This document shows, piece by piece, positions 26,396 to 38,541 of a stretch of DNA of 64,000 bases; within the stretch, counting starts at the first letter, position 1, and every line of letters begins with the position of its first letter. The stretch is from contig BAAIJX010000010.1 in the NCBI GenBank assembly GCA_054600435.1, forward strand, positions 496,001 to 560,000, read 5' to 3'. Position numbers and translations under genes: made by a program. The notes below the pieces were generated by a model. It worked only from the letters and a program-made list of their open reading frames with translations. It had not been told where the DNA came from and ran no database searches. Source of the stretch: Neophaeotheca triangularis. Lineage: Eukaryota.

Positions 26396-28784
26396 ATGAA
26401 GTTCAAAGACGGTATGCTTAGCCTTCACTCCACTTTAACCTTTACATATGCTCATGGATATCCTCAGGCATGTGGCTGCCAGTGGAGGGCAAGAGGGTCG
26501 AGTACGCAGAGGATATCTACTCTATTGATCAGAGCGAAGACGGCAAGAAGCTGAAGCTACTGTGCCCGACGATGAAGATAAAATCCAGAGGAGACACCCT
26601 CAACAGGCCGACAATCACAGTGGTACGTTTTGTTTTGTAGAAAGGGTCAAATGGCGCTTTTTTGACATCTATCAGGAGCTCGAAGCAGTGGCAGACGGTG
26701 TCATATCCATCGAGACCACTCACTGGCACGGTGCTTTGAAGAGAGGACCAGAGTTCGAGAAGTTCCCTCACGGCAGTCCCTCGGTCAACGCCTCTATCAA
26801 GAAATCAGAGGCCGGTACTACGCTCAATTCCGGCAGCCTAGGAGCTACAGTGACATCTCAGCCAAACACCTTCGATATCCGCTTTCACGGTGCGGATGGC
26901 AAGCAGACACTGACATCCCTACTGGATCGGAGCGTTGCCCTTGCTTATTCGCCGGCGACTAGTACACCAATGCAGACAGCTGACATGAGAGACATTCAAC
27001 ATTACATGCTCACCCAAACGACCCTCGGCGTGGGCGAGCAGGTGTACGGTCTCGGCGAACGCTTTGGCGGCTTCAACAAGATTGGCCAGAGCGTTTCTCT
27101 TTGGAATGCGGACGGTGGTACTTCAAGTGACCAAGCTTACAAGAATGTCTCGTTCTGGCTGAGCAACAAGGGGTATGGTGTGTTCATCGATGCCCCGGAA
27201 AAGGTCGATCTCGAAGTAGGCAGCGAGCGATGCTGTAGAGTGCAGACAAGTGTCGAGGGCCAGAGATTGAAGCAATACATCATTTACGGTCCTTCACCAA
27301 AAGAGATCATCAGCCGATATACCGACCTGACAGGAAAACCTGGAAAGGTGCCCGCATGGAGTTATGGCCTTTGGCTAAGCACTTCGTTCACGACCAACTA
27401 CGACGAGAAAACGGTCAACAGCTTCCTCGAGGGGATGAGAGACCGAGACATCCCGCTCCAAGTCTTCCACTATGACTGCTTCTGGATGCGAGGCTTCCAC
27501 TGGTGTGATTTCGAGTTCATGTCTTCGCACTTTCCCGACCCCAAGGGCCAGATCACCCGTATGAAGGAAAACGGGCTTGCCTCCAAAGTCTGCGTCTGGA
27601 TCAACTCCTACCTCGGGCAAGCTTCGCCCGTATTCCAAGAAGCTGCCGACAAAGGTTACCTCCTCCGCCGCAAGAATGGCGATGTCTGGCAGTGGGATCT
27701 CTGGCAAGCGGGCATGGGCATTGTCGACTTCACCAATCCCGAAGCCTGCAAATGGTTCAAGTCCTGCCTCAACAAGCTCTTCGACACCGGTATCGACTCG
27801 ATCAAGACCGACTTCGGCGAGCGCATCCCCAGCCGAGATGTTCAATGGCACGACAGGTCCGTCGATCCCGCCAAGATGCACAACTACTATGCCTTCCTCT
27901 TCAACCAAGTCGTCTACGAAGCGCTGCAAGAACGCTACGGCGACGATCAAGCCGTCCTCTTTGCCCGCGCAGCTTGCGCCGGAACGCAACGCTTCCCACT
28001 CCAATGGGGCGGCGACTGCGAATCGACTTTCGAAGCCATGGCTGAATCTCTCCGCGGCGGTCTCTCCCTCGGTCTCTGCGGCTTCTCCTTCTGGTCCGTC
28101 GACATCGGCGGTTTCGAAGGCTACCCCGACGCCACAATCTACAAGCGCTGGGTACAATTCGGCCTATTGTGCTCGCACTCCCGTCTCCACGGCAGCAACT
28201 CCTACCGCGTCCCCTGGCTCATCGACGACGACGACAAGAGCGAGCAAGGCTGCAGCGCGGTGTTGCGGAAGATGACGCAGCTCAAATGCCGTTTGATGCC
28301 GTATCTGTACAGCGAGTCCATGGAAGCCATCAAGCACGGCTGGCCGGTAAGCGTACGTGCCATGGCGCTCGAGTTCCCTGAAGACAAGACTGCCTGGTTG
28401 TGCGACCAGCAATTCATGCTTGGGTCGTCGATACTCGTCGCGCCCATTTTCACCGAAGAAGGCGGCGTCGAGTTCTATCTCCCGGCTGGCAAGTGGACTT
28501 CGCTGTGGGATAGCTCCAAGACCGTTTCTGGTCCGGGATGGGTCAAGGAGACGCACGCGCTCGATAGTCTGCCCATTTACGTTCGTGAGGGCAGTATTTT
28601 GGTCATGGGCAAGGAAGGCGAGAAGAGGACGCATTATGACTGGACGAAGCCGGAGGGTCATGAGATCAAGTTGTACGAGCCCAACGCTGATAGTAAGGCG
28701 GAGTTGTATGATGCTGAGGGCAAGCATGTGAGCACGCTCTCTGTTAAGGAGGAGCAAGGTGGTTGGAAAGTTCAAGGGCTGTAG
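26396..28784 (+). CDS. GH31 alpha-xylosidase (YicI-like), two short 5' introns
   Basis: MKFKDG|MWL start; YGLGERF, GGTSSDQAYKN, WLSTSFTT, KTDFGERIP (nucleophile), WGGDC and SHSRLHG motifs. Confidence 0.93.
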
Positions 28785-29122
28785 GATGGCTTCATATAGA
28801 GTTCTACGCACTCACGCCGGGCAGAGCTTACCAATCACTTCACGCACAGGGCAGTATAGACTTACTTTATCAGAGGAATGCTCAAGAGGCAAGTAGGGAC
28901 TCATACAACAGTCACCCAACGAGGCAATGCTCCCTGCTCGAGATTCCGTAGGGTGGTCTTGGGCTTTAGCTGGCTCAGCCTTGTGTAGACAATCTTGCTT
29001 CGAGGCTTCGAGATTATGATCATTTGTCGGGTCGAAGAATACAGCTGAGACAAGTTCATTGAGTCATCATTGCCAGGCGCAATCCTTCGTCGTCGATCAT
29101 GGACTGCTATAGAAGGTTTTCT

Positions 29123-30400
29123 TTACAGCCTGCTCTTTCGGGGTATCTCGAGCATCGATAGTCCTCCGTCTTTCACCTCATAATGTCTGCCTTTCTGCCA
29201 GCCCAACCACATCCCTAGCGTCTCCTCGCCTTCCTCGCCAGGCCTTAAGCCTTTGCTGATCCAGCCTTCACCCTGAATCCCAATACCCTGTCCTTGCGCC
29301 GGCGGCCGGCCCTCTGCATCACCATCCGCGATTCCCCACCCGGGCGTCCTCGAAAGCGTAACAATCGGTCGTTGATCAAACCCAGCCTTCTCAAGCTCAT
29401 GCTGCTCGAAGACAGGAGTACAACAAGCATCCGTCCCATCGAAGACCTTCTCCCACTCATCTCTTGTCTTGCTCTTGAACGTCTTTGTGAACAACTCCCT
29501 AAGGGCTGGCCAAGTCTTCTTATCCTCCCTGGGCTTCGGCGCACTCTCAGGATCAATCCCCAACCCCTTCAGCAACTGCGCATAAAACTGCGGCTCCAAC
29601 GCTCCCACAGCCATGAAGCGTCCATCCTTCGTCTCGTACGTATCGTAATACGGACTACCCCCGTCCAGCATGTTCTCCCCCCGAGGCGCATTCCACATGG
29701 GTCCCTTACTCGCCAGCCGCGGCATACTAGCCATCATCGCACTCCCATCAACCATATTCGCCTCGACAACCTGACCCAACCCGGTTCTCTCGCGCTGAAA
29801 CAAGGCCAACAAGATCCCCAAAACACAAACCGCCCCTCCGCCAGCGAAATCCCCAATCAAATTCCCCGGCGCATAAGGCCTCTCGCCCTTCCTCCCCAGC
29901 ATCGACAACACCCCGCTCACGGCAATGTAATTGATATCATGCCCCGCCATATCCTTGTACTTGCCATCGCGCCTGAAGCCCGTCATGCGCGCGACGATCA
30001 ATGCGGGGTTCATGCGCAGCAGCAGGCCTTCGGGAGACAGGCCCATTTTCTCCAGCACGCCTGGGCGGAAGGGATCGATTACAATGTCGACTTTTGGGAT
30101 CAGGGTTTTGATCAGCTCGACGCCGCCTGGGGACTTCATGTCGACGGCTATGCTTGTTTTGCGGCGGGTTAATTGATCGGGAGTTGGTGGGGGGGGATTG
30201 TCGGAGTGAGCGGAGGGGTGGGCGCGGTCGACGCGGAGGACGGTGGCGCCGTAGTCGGCGAGGAGCATGCCTGTGAAAGGGCCTGTGAGGGCGGTGTTAG
30301 CCAAGGACTTGCGAATGGGAGGGTTATGGTCGTGTCTCGTACCCGGTGCCAGGCCGGCAAACTCCAGCACCCGAATGCCTTGAAGAGGTGGTCCGCTCAT
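29123..30400 (-). CDS. CoA-transferase family III / alpha-methylacyl-CoA racemase-like, C-terminal PTS1 (SRL)
   Basis: [17 protein letters not shown] (after removing a 60-nt in-frame intron), [23 protein letters not shown] and GALEPQFY motifs; ends KSRL*. Confidence 0.92.
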   Translation of the reverse strand: MSGPPLQGIRVLEFAGLAPGTRHDHNPPIRKSLANTALTGPFTGMLLADYGATVLRVDRAHPSAHSDNPPPPTPDQLTRRKTSIAVDMKSPGGVELIKTLIPKVDIVIDPFRPGVLEKMGLSPEGLLLRMNPALIVARMTGFRRDGKYKDMAGHDINYIAVSGVLSMLGRKGERPYAPGNLIGDFAGGGAVCVLGILLALFQRERTGLGQVVEANMVDGSAMMASMPRLASKGPMWNAPRGENMLDGGSPYYDTYETKDGRFMAVGALEPQFYAQLLKGLGIDPESAPKPREDKKTWPALRELFTKTFKSKTRDEWEKVFDGTDACCTPVFEQHELEKAGFDQRPIVTLSRTPGWGIADGDAEGRPPAQGQGIGIQGEGWISKGLRPGEEGEETLGMWLGWQKGRHYEVKDGGLSMLEIPRKSRL

Positions 30401-30942
30401 GGTTGTAGTGTCTTTTCTTTTCGATCTGGCAATCAATGCCAGCTATGCGCGAGAAGACTACATATTTGATGTACGGCTGCCGTTCGGGTTGGGAGCTCTC
30501 GAGATGAGGAGCTGTGCCTTGTTATCCTCGGTAGTAGACCGTCCTCGCTTATTTTGCTCTTTTGGGACTAGCGCCATCTAGATGAAGTTCCTCTGATGAA
30601 CTGCCCGTGCCGTGCAGTCCAGGTGTTGCGGTTTCTCCCCTTACTGTATCACTACCTCAGCTGCCGCCAGTGATGAAGTACGATTGACCAAAAAGATTGA
30701 ACGTGTTTCTACGTAGCTAAATTACAACAAGCCCACTCGAATGATCGCTTTCCGTCCTAAATCACGAATGAAGTACTCGCATCCCACGGCTTTCGACAAG
30801 ATGTCTGATGCCGGCTCGCGTGATCGAAGTAGCTCATGCCAAAAAGTGCTGCAAAAATTGCTACCCATTGAATCAAATTAAGATCTCTTGATGACCCTGC
30901 CGCTCGGAATCCCCACAGCTCCCATCTCCCCCTGCCTCCGCG

Positions 30943-33900
30943 CTAGCCAATTGACGGGCCGGACACTCTCATGGCGATGTTACTCAAGGCGAATCTGCAT
31001 GGGGCGCCCTCGCAATTGACGTAGAAAACCACGTCGAACCTATTTGCGCCTTGAATCGGTACAGTCAATCGCCGCACGTCGGATGACCCTGCGACGTCTG
31101 ATTCCCAGACAGTGACGGAGTCGAAGACGGGAAGAAGGCGTGCAGCGAGGTAGAGATAAGTGCCTTGAACGAACTGGAAGTCGAAGTCCAAAAACACTGT
31201 CTGACCAGCTCGCGCGAAGGGTAAATCGCCGCTGTTTTGTCTGAATTCAAAATCGCTGCCCTGCGGCACAGAGAACGTGCTGTGGAGTGTTAGCTGCGCT
31301 CATAGATCTACCTATTTGAGAGGTAAAGGGATGATCTTGTAAACTACTTACATTCGGTTCCCGGAAATCGCTCTAGTCACACCGGCGTTATTGAAATCGT
31401 TCACCACCCATGGACTGATCGAGCCGCCCTGGAAAGCCGGGTTCAAGAGCACTGCATTCTGGGGAGGCACTTCGGGCTCAATATCATCATCGGATTGAAA
31501 GCTTAGACGAATATTGCTCAAGGTGAATTGACACGACTGTCCTGGGACAGAGTCGCAGTAGACGTAGAATTGCAAGACCGAAGGATTGCCTGTGATCGGG
31601 AAGCGCCTACGTGTGGTAGTAAGGGCTGCTGGGGGGTTGGCTTGGTTTATGAGAAGGTTGTCACTTCCTAGTTGAACATCAAAGTTCAAGTATTGGGAGT
31701 TTCGGTGTTCGAAGTCGAACTCCAGAACGACGGTCTGGCCGTCTAATGCCAATGGGCCGCCGCTGCTAGTTTGAGAGAAGTCGATTGCACCATTACCTTG
31801 GAAGGCGAACGTTCTAGTCTCGTGTTAGATCATTCTTCTCCGTTTGGAGCGAGATCAGCATGAAACGGTACTCACATTCGACTATTAGCGGCTAACCTGG
31901 TGAAACCGGTTGGACCCGTCTCTACCCATGGTGCAATAGAGCCACCGGCGAAATTTGTGTTCAAAAGTCCTTGAACAGTCGGCCCTTCGGGCTCCTCGGG
32001 CGGGCCAGGCTCCGGAGCATCGTCGGAGTCTACAGCTAAGCGAATGTTGCTTATAGTGAACTGGCATTGTCCATTCGTGGCGGAATCACAGTACACGTAG
32101 AAAGAGAAACTCCTTGGGTTGCCGGCGACGGTAATCGTCTGGCTGATCGACGTGGTCGTAGCGGCTGTCGATGCCGGTATCTCTCTGTCCAATAAGAAGT
32201 AGTTTCTAGGAGTGTCCTCAAGATAAGCTAGGATGTTGATGTACCGAGAGTTGGGTGATACGAAGTCGAATGCCAGTGCTGCACTTTGGCCATCCCTCGC
32301 GAATGGGAGACCGCCGGTGCCGACTTGCTGCAGTTCTACACCGCCACTGCCTGGGAAGGAGAACGTTCTAACCTTCGTTAGCCACTTTCGCAATCACCCG
32401 CTGGTAAACGAACTTTACGACCTAGGGAATACTAACATTCGGCCACCAGAGGCTGTTACTGACAAGCCAGGGGGAGGGCTGCCCGCTATCACCCATGGCG
32501 CGTAAGATCCACCCTCGAAACCCGTGTTGACGAGTTGAGCCAGCGACGTATCAGGAGTGTCGGGCACTTCGGGTTCCTCGGGTTCCTCGGGCTCCTCTGG
32601 GTCAGGAACTTGCGGTTCATCAGGCACTTCGGGTTCTTCTGGTTCCTCAGGCTCTTCTGGTTCAGGCACTTCGGGCACTTCGGGCTCTTCTGGTTCTTCT
32701 GGTTCAGGCACTTCGGGTTCTTCTGGTTCCTCGGGCTCTTCAGGCTCTTCAGGCACTTCGGGCACTTCGGGCACTTCGGGCTGTTCGGGCTCTTCTGGTT
32801 CTTCTGGTTCAGGCACTTCGGGCTCCTCTGGTGTCTCAGGTTCCTCTGGTTCAGGCACTTCGGGCTCCTCTGGTGTCTCAGGTTCCTCTGGTTCAGGCTC
32901 TTCGGGTACCTCAGGCTCTTCAGGTTCAGGAACTGAGGGTTCTTCGGGTTCCTCTGGCTCCTCTGGATCAGGAACTGGCGAGACCGGTTCATCAGGTTCC
33001 CCGGCGTCACTGGACTCAACGCCCAAGCGAATGTTGCTCAGACTGAGCAGACAGGGCTCGCCCGCGCGAGGGACGCAGTAGACATAGATCGAGAAAACCG
33101 ATGCATCAGATGTGAGCACCCTAGTCTCGCGCACAGCGATAGTAGACGCCCCTGGGCCATCGACTGCTGCAAGGCGGTTGGCGGCAAGGTTAGCGTTGAG
33201 GTAGATGAAGCTGCTTTGGTGTCCCATGTCCATTTCCAGTACTACTCTCTGGCCAGCTAGTGCAAAGGGCCCGGTGCTGCTGATTTGCAAAAGCTCAAAC
33301 TCGACTTCCTGCGGGATGGTGAACGTGCTGGCTTAATGTTAGCAGTCATCCTCGGCTCTTCACCTTGACCACTCTTCGAGTCTACTCACATTCGCCCATC
33401 GGATGCTGATGCGGGTACACTGGCTCCGCCTACGGGTACGATTTGCCATGGGAGAATTGAGCCGCCTTCGAATTCAGTGTTCACGAGAACCTGATCAAGG
33501 TTCGACCAATCCGGTTCGGAATCGCCAGGCACCTCGGGCACCTCGGGTACCTCGGGTGGTGGGATCTCAGGTGCCGGAGGCAGCACATCCGGTAGGCTGA
33601 GGACAAGATAGACATCGTCAATATCGATGGTCGCGACGGTGACAGAGGGTCCAACGGTACAGAAGACCTCGATGGTGAATCTGGATGCATCGGACTGCAG
33701 AACTCCCGCGGCTTCGACAGTGGTATCTGTGACTTGTGCGCGAGGGTAGGCGACTTCTGTTCCGACCCAGATGGCGAATTCGCAGTTACTGCCCTCGGTC
33801 TCGCCTTCCCAGGTGGTTTGGATGTCAACGCTGGCACTGTAAGATTGGCCCGCTTGGACACTGATGTCCTGGTAGATCTGGCCGCTGGTGAAGGTGGAAG

Positions 33901-36856
33901 TGTCGTAGGGCCCGCCGGATAGGAGATCAATGTTGCTGTAACGATGCGTGAGCGACTACCACGAATGAAGCAAGATTACAGTTCAACTTACAGAGTGCCC
34001 TCATTCACGGACACGGCCGGCCCGGCTACCGTGTCGTCCGACTGGCGCTTGGCGAGCAAGAGAGGCGTAGGCCCAGTCTGAAGCTCGACCTGCCACGGTT
34101 CCACGGTGCAGTTGTCGAAGTGGCCGTTTTGGAGCACTTGTCCGGAAAGCTGGGGTTGTCCGGTAACCGGTCCGCTACGAGCATAGGTGAATAGAGATGC
34201 CTCCACGATCGTCACGTCGATGTTCTCCTCACCGGTGCACCACACCAAGAGTTGGGTGCCACTTGCTGACTGTTGTAGTATTCCAGCCGCTTGGTAATCT
34301 CCAGTGCCCAAGCCGTAGATCTCGCTGATCAAGATTTGTCCGCCATCTGTGCGTACTTGGAAGAAGCACTGAGCGTCTCCGGTTGGGACGCTTAGCTGCA
34401 CGTTAATGAAATAGTTGCCAGTTCCTGTCGGGCTCAACAAACTCTGTTGGAAACCTGCTGCGGTATCCGGGTTGAAACCTCCGTTGTAGCTCCCAGCTTG
34501 ACCCTGAGAAAGGTCCAGGCTCAAAGTTCTGTAGTTGATGTTAGCATGAAGCATTAAGTAGGTGTTTGAAACATCGATGCTTGCTTACAGTCCTAATAGG
34601 CTCAGGTTGATCGAGAGCCCTTCAGGCTGTGCAGTTATAAGAGCCAGGTCGCCGAGGCCGGGATCCTCCACGACCTGTGAGCTACGCCTACCGCCATCAG
34701 GACCAGTGATGCGGAGAGCACTTTGTTTACCCTCGGGAGCATTTTCAATGACATCGGCTGCGCTCGCCAGCAGAATGCATAGAGGGACCTCCGATCTAAG
34801 CTCTAGGGTGCTGGACACGCAATTGGTTCCGTAGGTCAGGCAAGCTTCAATGCATGCGGATAGCGTGCTGATCTCAACCTCTTCGAGGACATCCAGGGCG
34901 TCGTATCCGAACCTCCTGCCGCACTGTATCAGGAACAGTGACCCATCAAGGCCATGGTAAATTTCGCCGTTGCCGTCGGGGCATTGCGGGGGTCCATCCG
35001 TAGGGACACGAGAAGCAGAGTGTATAACTTGATCAGTAGGCGCGGCTATCGGGAAGGCACGGCGGCTCGCAGACCTGAGGAAGCATGACGATTCCTCGTC
35101 ATCGCCGGACTCGACCCATGAGACGCCAACGCAGCTGGTAGGACCCGCGGCGTCGCATTGCTCAATGCAATCAGCAAGGCTAGCTTGCGTCGTCACAGTC
35201 TCATCATCCGTGCTCCAGAGGTCAGTAGAGCACATTACACGGTAGCTGGCGCCTTCGGACGAGCTGTAAATCTGCTGATCGTCGAAGGGGCACACCACGC
35301 GCGGTGTTGGGTTAGGTGTGCAAGCTTCGCTTGCGCTAGACACGGTCGAGGTCAAGCTGCTGGAAGACAAGGCAGTGGTGGCAGCGGTGGTAGTAAGGCT
35401 TGTTGATGAGCTTTGGACAGTCGAACTGGTCGGAAGTGCGAATGTTGTGGAGCTAGACAGAAGCGACGTGGTTGTCGGCTGGCTTGCGGTGGTACCGGTC
35501 AAGGTGCTAGATGATGCAGTGCTCAACACGCTCTCTGTTGAGCTTTCGCCGCTCGAGGTAGCGGATGCGGAGCTGGTCTCGCTCGTAACATCACTGCCAA
35601 AGCTTGAAGTGACGCTTTCTGAGAACGAGACCACAAACGATTCGCTGGTAGAGACACCATCGAAACTCGAGGTAGTGCTGATGGTTGTGATCGGCGAAGT
35701 CACTGCAGACGTGGTAGTTGTCGTAGACAACGCTGGAGTGGACACATCATCGGTCAACGAAGTTATCGGCGACGTCGCTGCAGACGTGGTAGCTGTCGTA
35801 GACAACACTGGAGTGGACACATCATCAGTCGAAGAAGACATCGAGGTACCCGGTGCGTCGCCAGTGGGAGTCTGCACGGGGGAGCCGTCTCGGGTGGAGC
35901 TCGTCAATCCGGGTAAGCCGGTTGGCGGCACATCACCCGACGTCGCAACGTCGGTCTCTTCGGCAGGGCTCTCGACAAAGAATTCGGTCAGAATGGCCGC
36001 AATACGCACTTCGCCGGAGTCATTGTCTGCAAAAGTCAGACTTTCTCCATCCTTGAGAAGGCAAGTGCCAGCGCCGTTGCCGATGCCATTGCTGTCGTCC
36101 GAGCTGGCGTATACGAAGGAGGTGCAGCGTCCGATGGACGATGGATTGTTCTGGCAGACTTCAAAACATTGGTTCCAGGATGAGTCTACTTCGTAGCTTG
36201 CGTAGTAGAAGTTTTCGACTTGACGAGCTCTGACCTTGCGGTAACTGGTAGAAATGGTACCCACAGCATCGCCATCGCAATTGACGGTGTAGGTGTTTCC
36301 GAACTGGTCTCGCACGGTCTCTCCGTCAACCACAGGACACGAGTAGTCGGGCGTTGCTCCAAACGTAGGGATAGGCAGATTGGTGTCATAAACAGGCGGA
36401 GATTGGGCCGAGCTAGGCACAGGCACAGTTGTTGAAGGCGAGGTGGTGGCGCTGCCGAGTTCAGTCGTTGGCAGGATTGGAGTAGTAAAAGAGCTTGGAT
36501 CATCGTACGGTGGGATCGGCGTGGTAGAAGTCGTGCTCACACCAGGGACAGGTGGGCTTTGCCCCGTACCGGTTGGCAAGCCACCCGTTACGGAGGGAAG
36601 GCCGCTCAAGTCGCTGCTTGCGATGCTCGGAGAGCTCGAGCCTGGTGGTAGCGCATCGCTTTGATCTGACGTGGGGATGCGAGAGGTGAACGTTGTAGTA
36701 CAGTACGAGGGATATTCCGCTATGGTGATCACGTTGACGCCTATCTGTAGTCAGTAATGCAACATGAAGCGCTACGACACTGATTTGGTTCGTACCTTGG
36801 CCTTTGCTGAAACGCAGCAGAGCTAGCACGTATGGCAGTGCCCGAAGAGACCACAT
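30943..36856 (-). CDS. Giant secreted mucin-like modular protein C (3 PAN/Apple-like, about 6 CBM4/9-like modules, acidic Pro/Glu repeat; about 1800 aa; 8 exons)
   Basis: Signal-peptide exon 36856-36796 (MWSLRALPYVLALLRFSKG) and intron 36741-36795. Further donors at 34588, 33991, 33389, 32437, 31875 and 31351. Shares the VITI..YP.YC N-terminal motif and first Cys domain with genes A and B. Confidence 0.85.
32560..33000 (-). repeat. Coding low-complexity repeat (EPEEPEVP)n within gene C
   Basis: Degenerate 9-bp-based tandem repeats; about 145 aa made almost only of P, E, V, D and T. Confidence 0.9.
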
Positions 36857-38541
36857 TCTCGCGTTACCGCCGCGATCTTGAATGAGCGTCTAGAAAAGTA
36901 GTGTGTGCAAGAACACCTCCAAAGTTACAGCGGCATCGCCGAAGAGTATCTACCTCCTTTCATACCGTTGAGTCGCGTGGTTTGCATCATTCCAAGCAGC
37001 GCCACTAATGCACAAAAGGGTGTTTACCAAGTGTGAGTTTCATTCCACACGCGGATCGCAGTTCTAATATGATCTAGAACAGTTGGAATGAGATGCCTGG
37101 GTCGGAAGTCTGTGCGCATACCAGGGAATGCTCCAGCAGCCGCCCTTCTACGGGAGATTTTTGAAATTCATTGGAAGGAATACCTTTTTCCTGAGCAGAG
37201 ACAATCCTCAACCCGTTTCAAACCTACCAGGTCAACATTGACGCCATGAAGCGGCCATAGGAAGGAAAAGAACGCAAAGACCCGTCTAGTAGAGTAGCCT
37301 CGCAACAACAACTGCCATCTGGTCAGAGTACAGGTAGCTTGACCTGGTCTTGTTGTGGTAGAATCGTGGCTGTAACATTCCTCGGTCAACGAACGAGAAA
37401 TTGGCGGCCTGGATGGATATGGATCAGCGTCCGGGAAGAAAAGGGGATTTGCCCGTTTGATGGTGTTCTGATCACCAGTTAGTACTAGCACATACAGCGA
37501 TTATGCAGCCAGAGTAGATGGCCAGATGCCTTTTCCCTCGTTCCAACCGTTGTGCGCAGAGAGGGAGCGTCAACTTGCTGACAACTGCTTGATTGAAATA
37601 TGTTTACCCGTCCCATCTCGGCTGTTTCCTCTTGAAATAAATGTGAAGAAGGAATGTAATGGAGGAATGGATGCCGCATGCTCGGGAGAGGTGAGGTCGG
37701 CAAAAGGACGCTGACTAATAGACCGGTCACCACCTGCACCTCCACGCATTTGCAGCCGCAGGGTTAGAGTTTGGTTTGCACTCCATTCGATCACCCTGGT
37801 CAATATCAACGATATAGGGGGGAAGACTGTTGTAGATATGGAGGGCTAACTTTCTACGATCTCGTGATGCGAGGAAGAACCCATTGATCGCTGGTATCAC
37901 ACCTATTCGTAGAATCATGCCATTGGTCGCGCCGATGTTGATGGTTCAACATTCGATCAACAACGTGCGTACTTTCGAAGTATCTCACTGGTCGGTATGA
38001 GCACCAGTGAATGTCATAGAGACCATGGATACCTCTCTTGCAAGTATTATTCGCCAACGGAAGTACCCTATCACCACTAGACCTGTCCTCTGTCTAGTCA
38101 TAGCCATCAAACGACCCCCCTCTACCCAACCGCCTCTTGTCCAACTTAACATCCATCCTCGTCACCACACCAAACAACGCAAACCGAAAACCGAAGAAAA
38201 CCAAAAGCAAAAGTCAAGGAAGAGATAAATATCCAGTACAAAACGCTAGCAAGACAAACACCAACCCACCCAGCAGTGCACAAAAAGCACAAGAAACAGT
38301 GTAATTTACTCTCCTCCCCTCATACAACTCACGACCGTCCTCATCGGCAGAAACAAAAAATTCCCCCGAACCCGACGAGGAGAGCCGCAAAGTCCACTTG
38401 GACCACGACCGACGGCACACACGCGCGTGCGCAAACCCTTGCCTTTCGCCATCTCCAACCCCTTTCGATCCGAGCACCTTTACTCTAGTCAACCCCAAAC
38501 AACCTCCCCACAGATTCCCAGCCAGGGCAAGCTACAGTAGA

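Noticed and set aside
24593..30400. Metabolic gene cluster (sulfite oxidase-like, GH31, CoA-transferase)
   Set aside because: No shared pathway, backbone enzyme, transporter or regulator is evident.
32489..33081. Alternative-frame repeat ORFs (GSSGSS, FWFFRHF, PKCLNQ)
   Set aside because: By-products of the 9-bp-based repeat. Only the PE frame splices in frame with the flanking modules.
36900..38500. Short ORFs between gene C and vps1
   Set aside because: No motifs or coherent exon structure; consistent with promoter and 3' UTR sequence.
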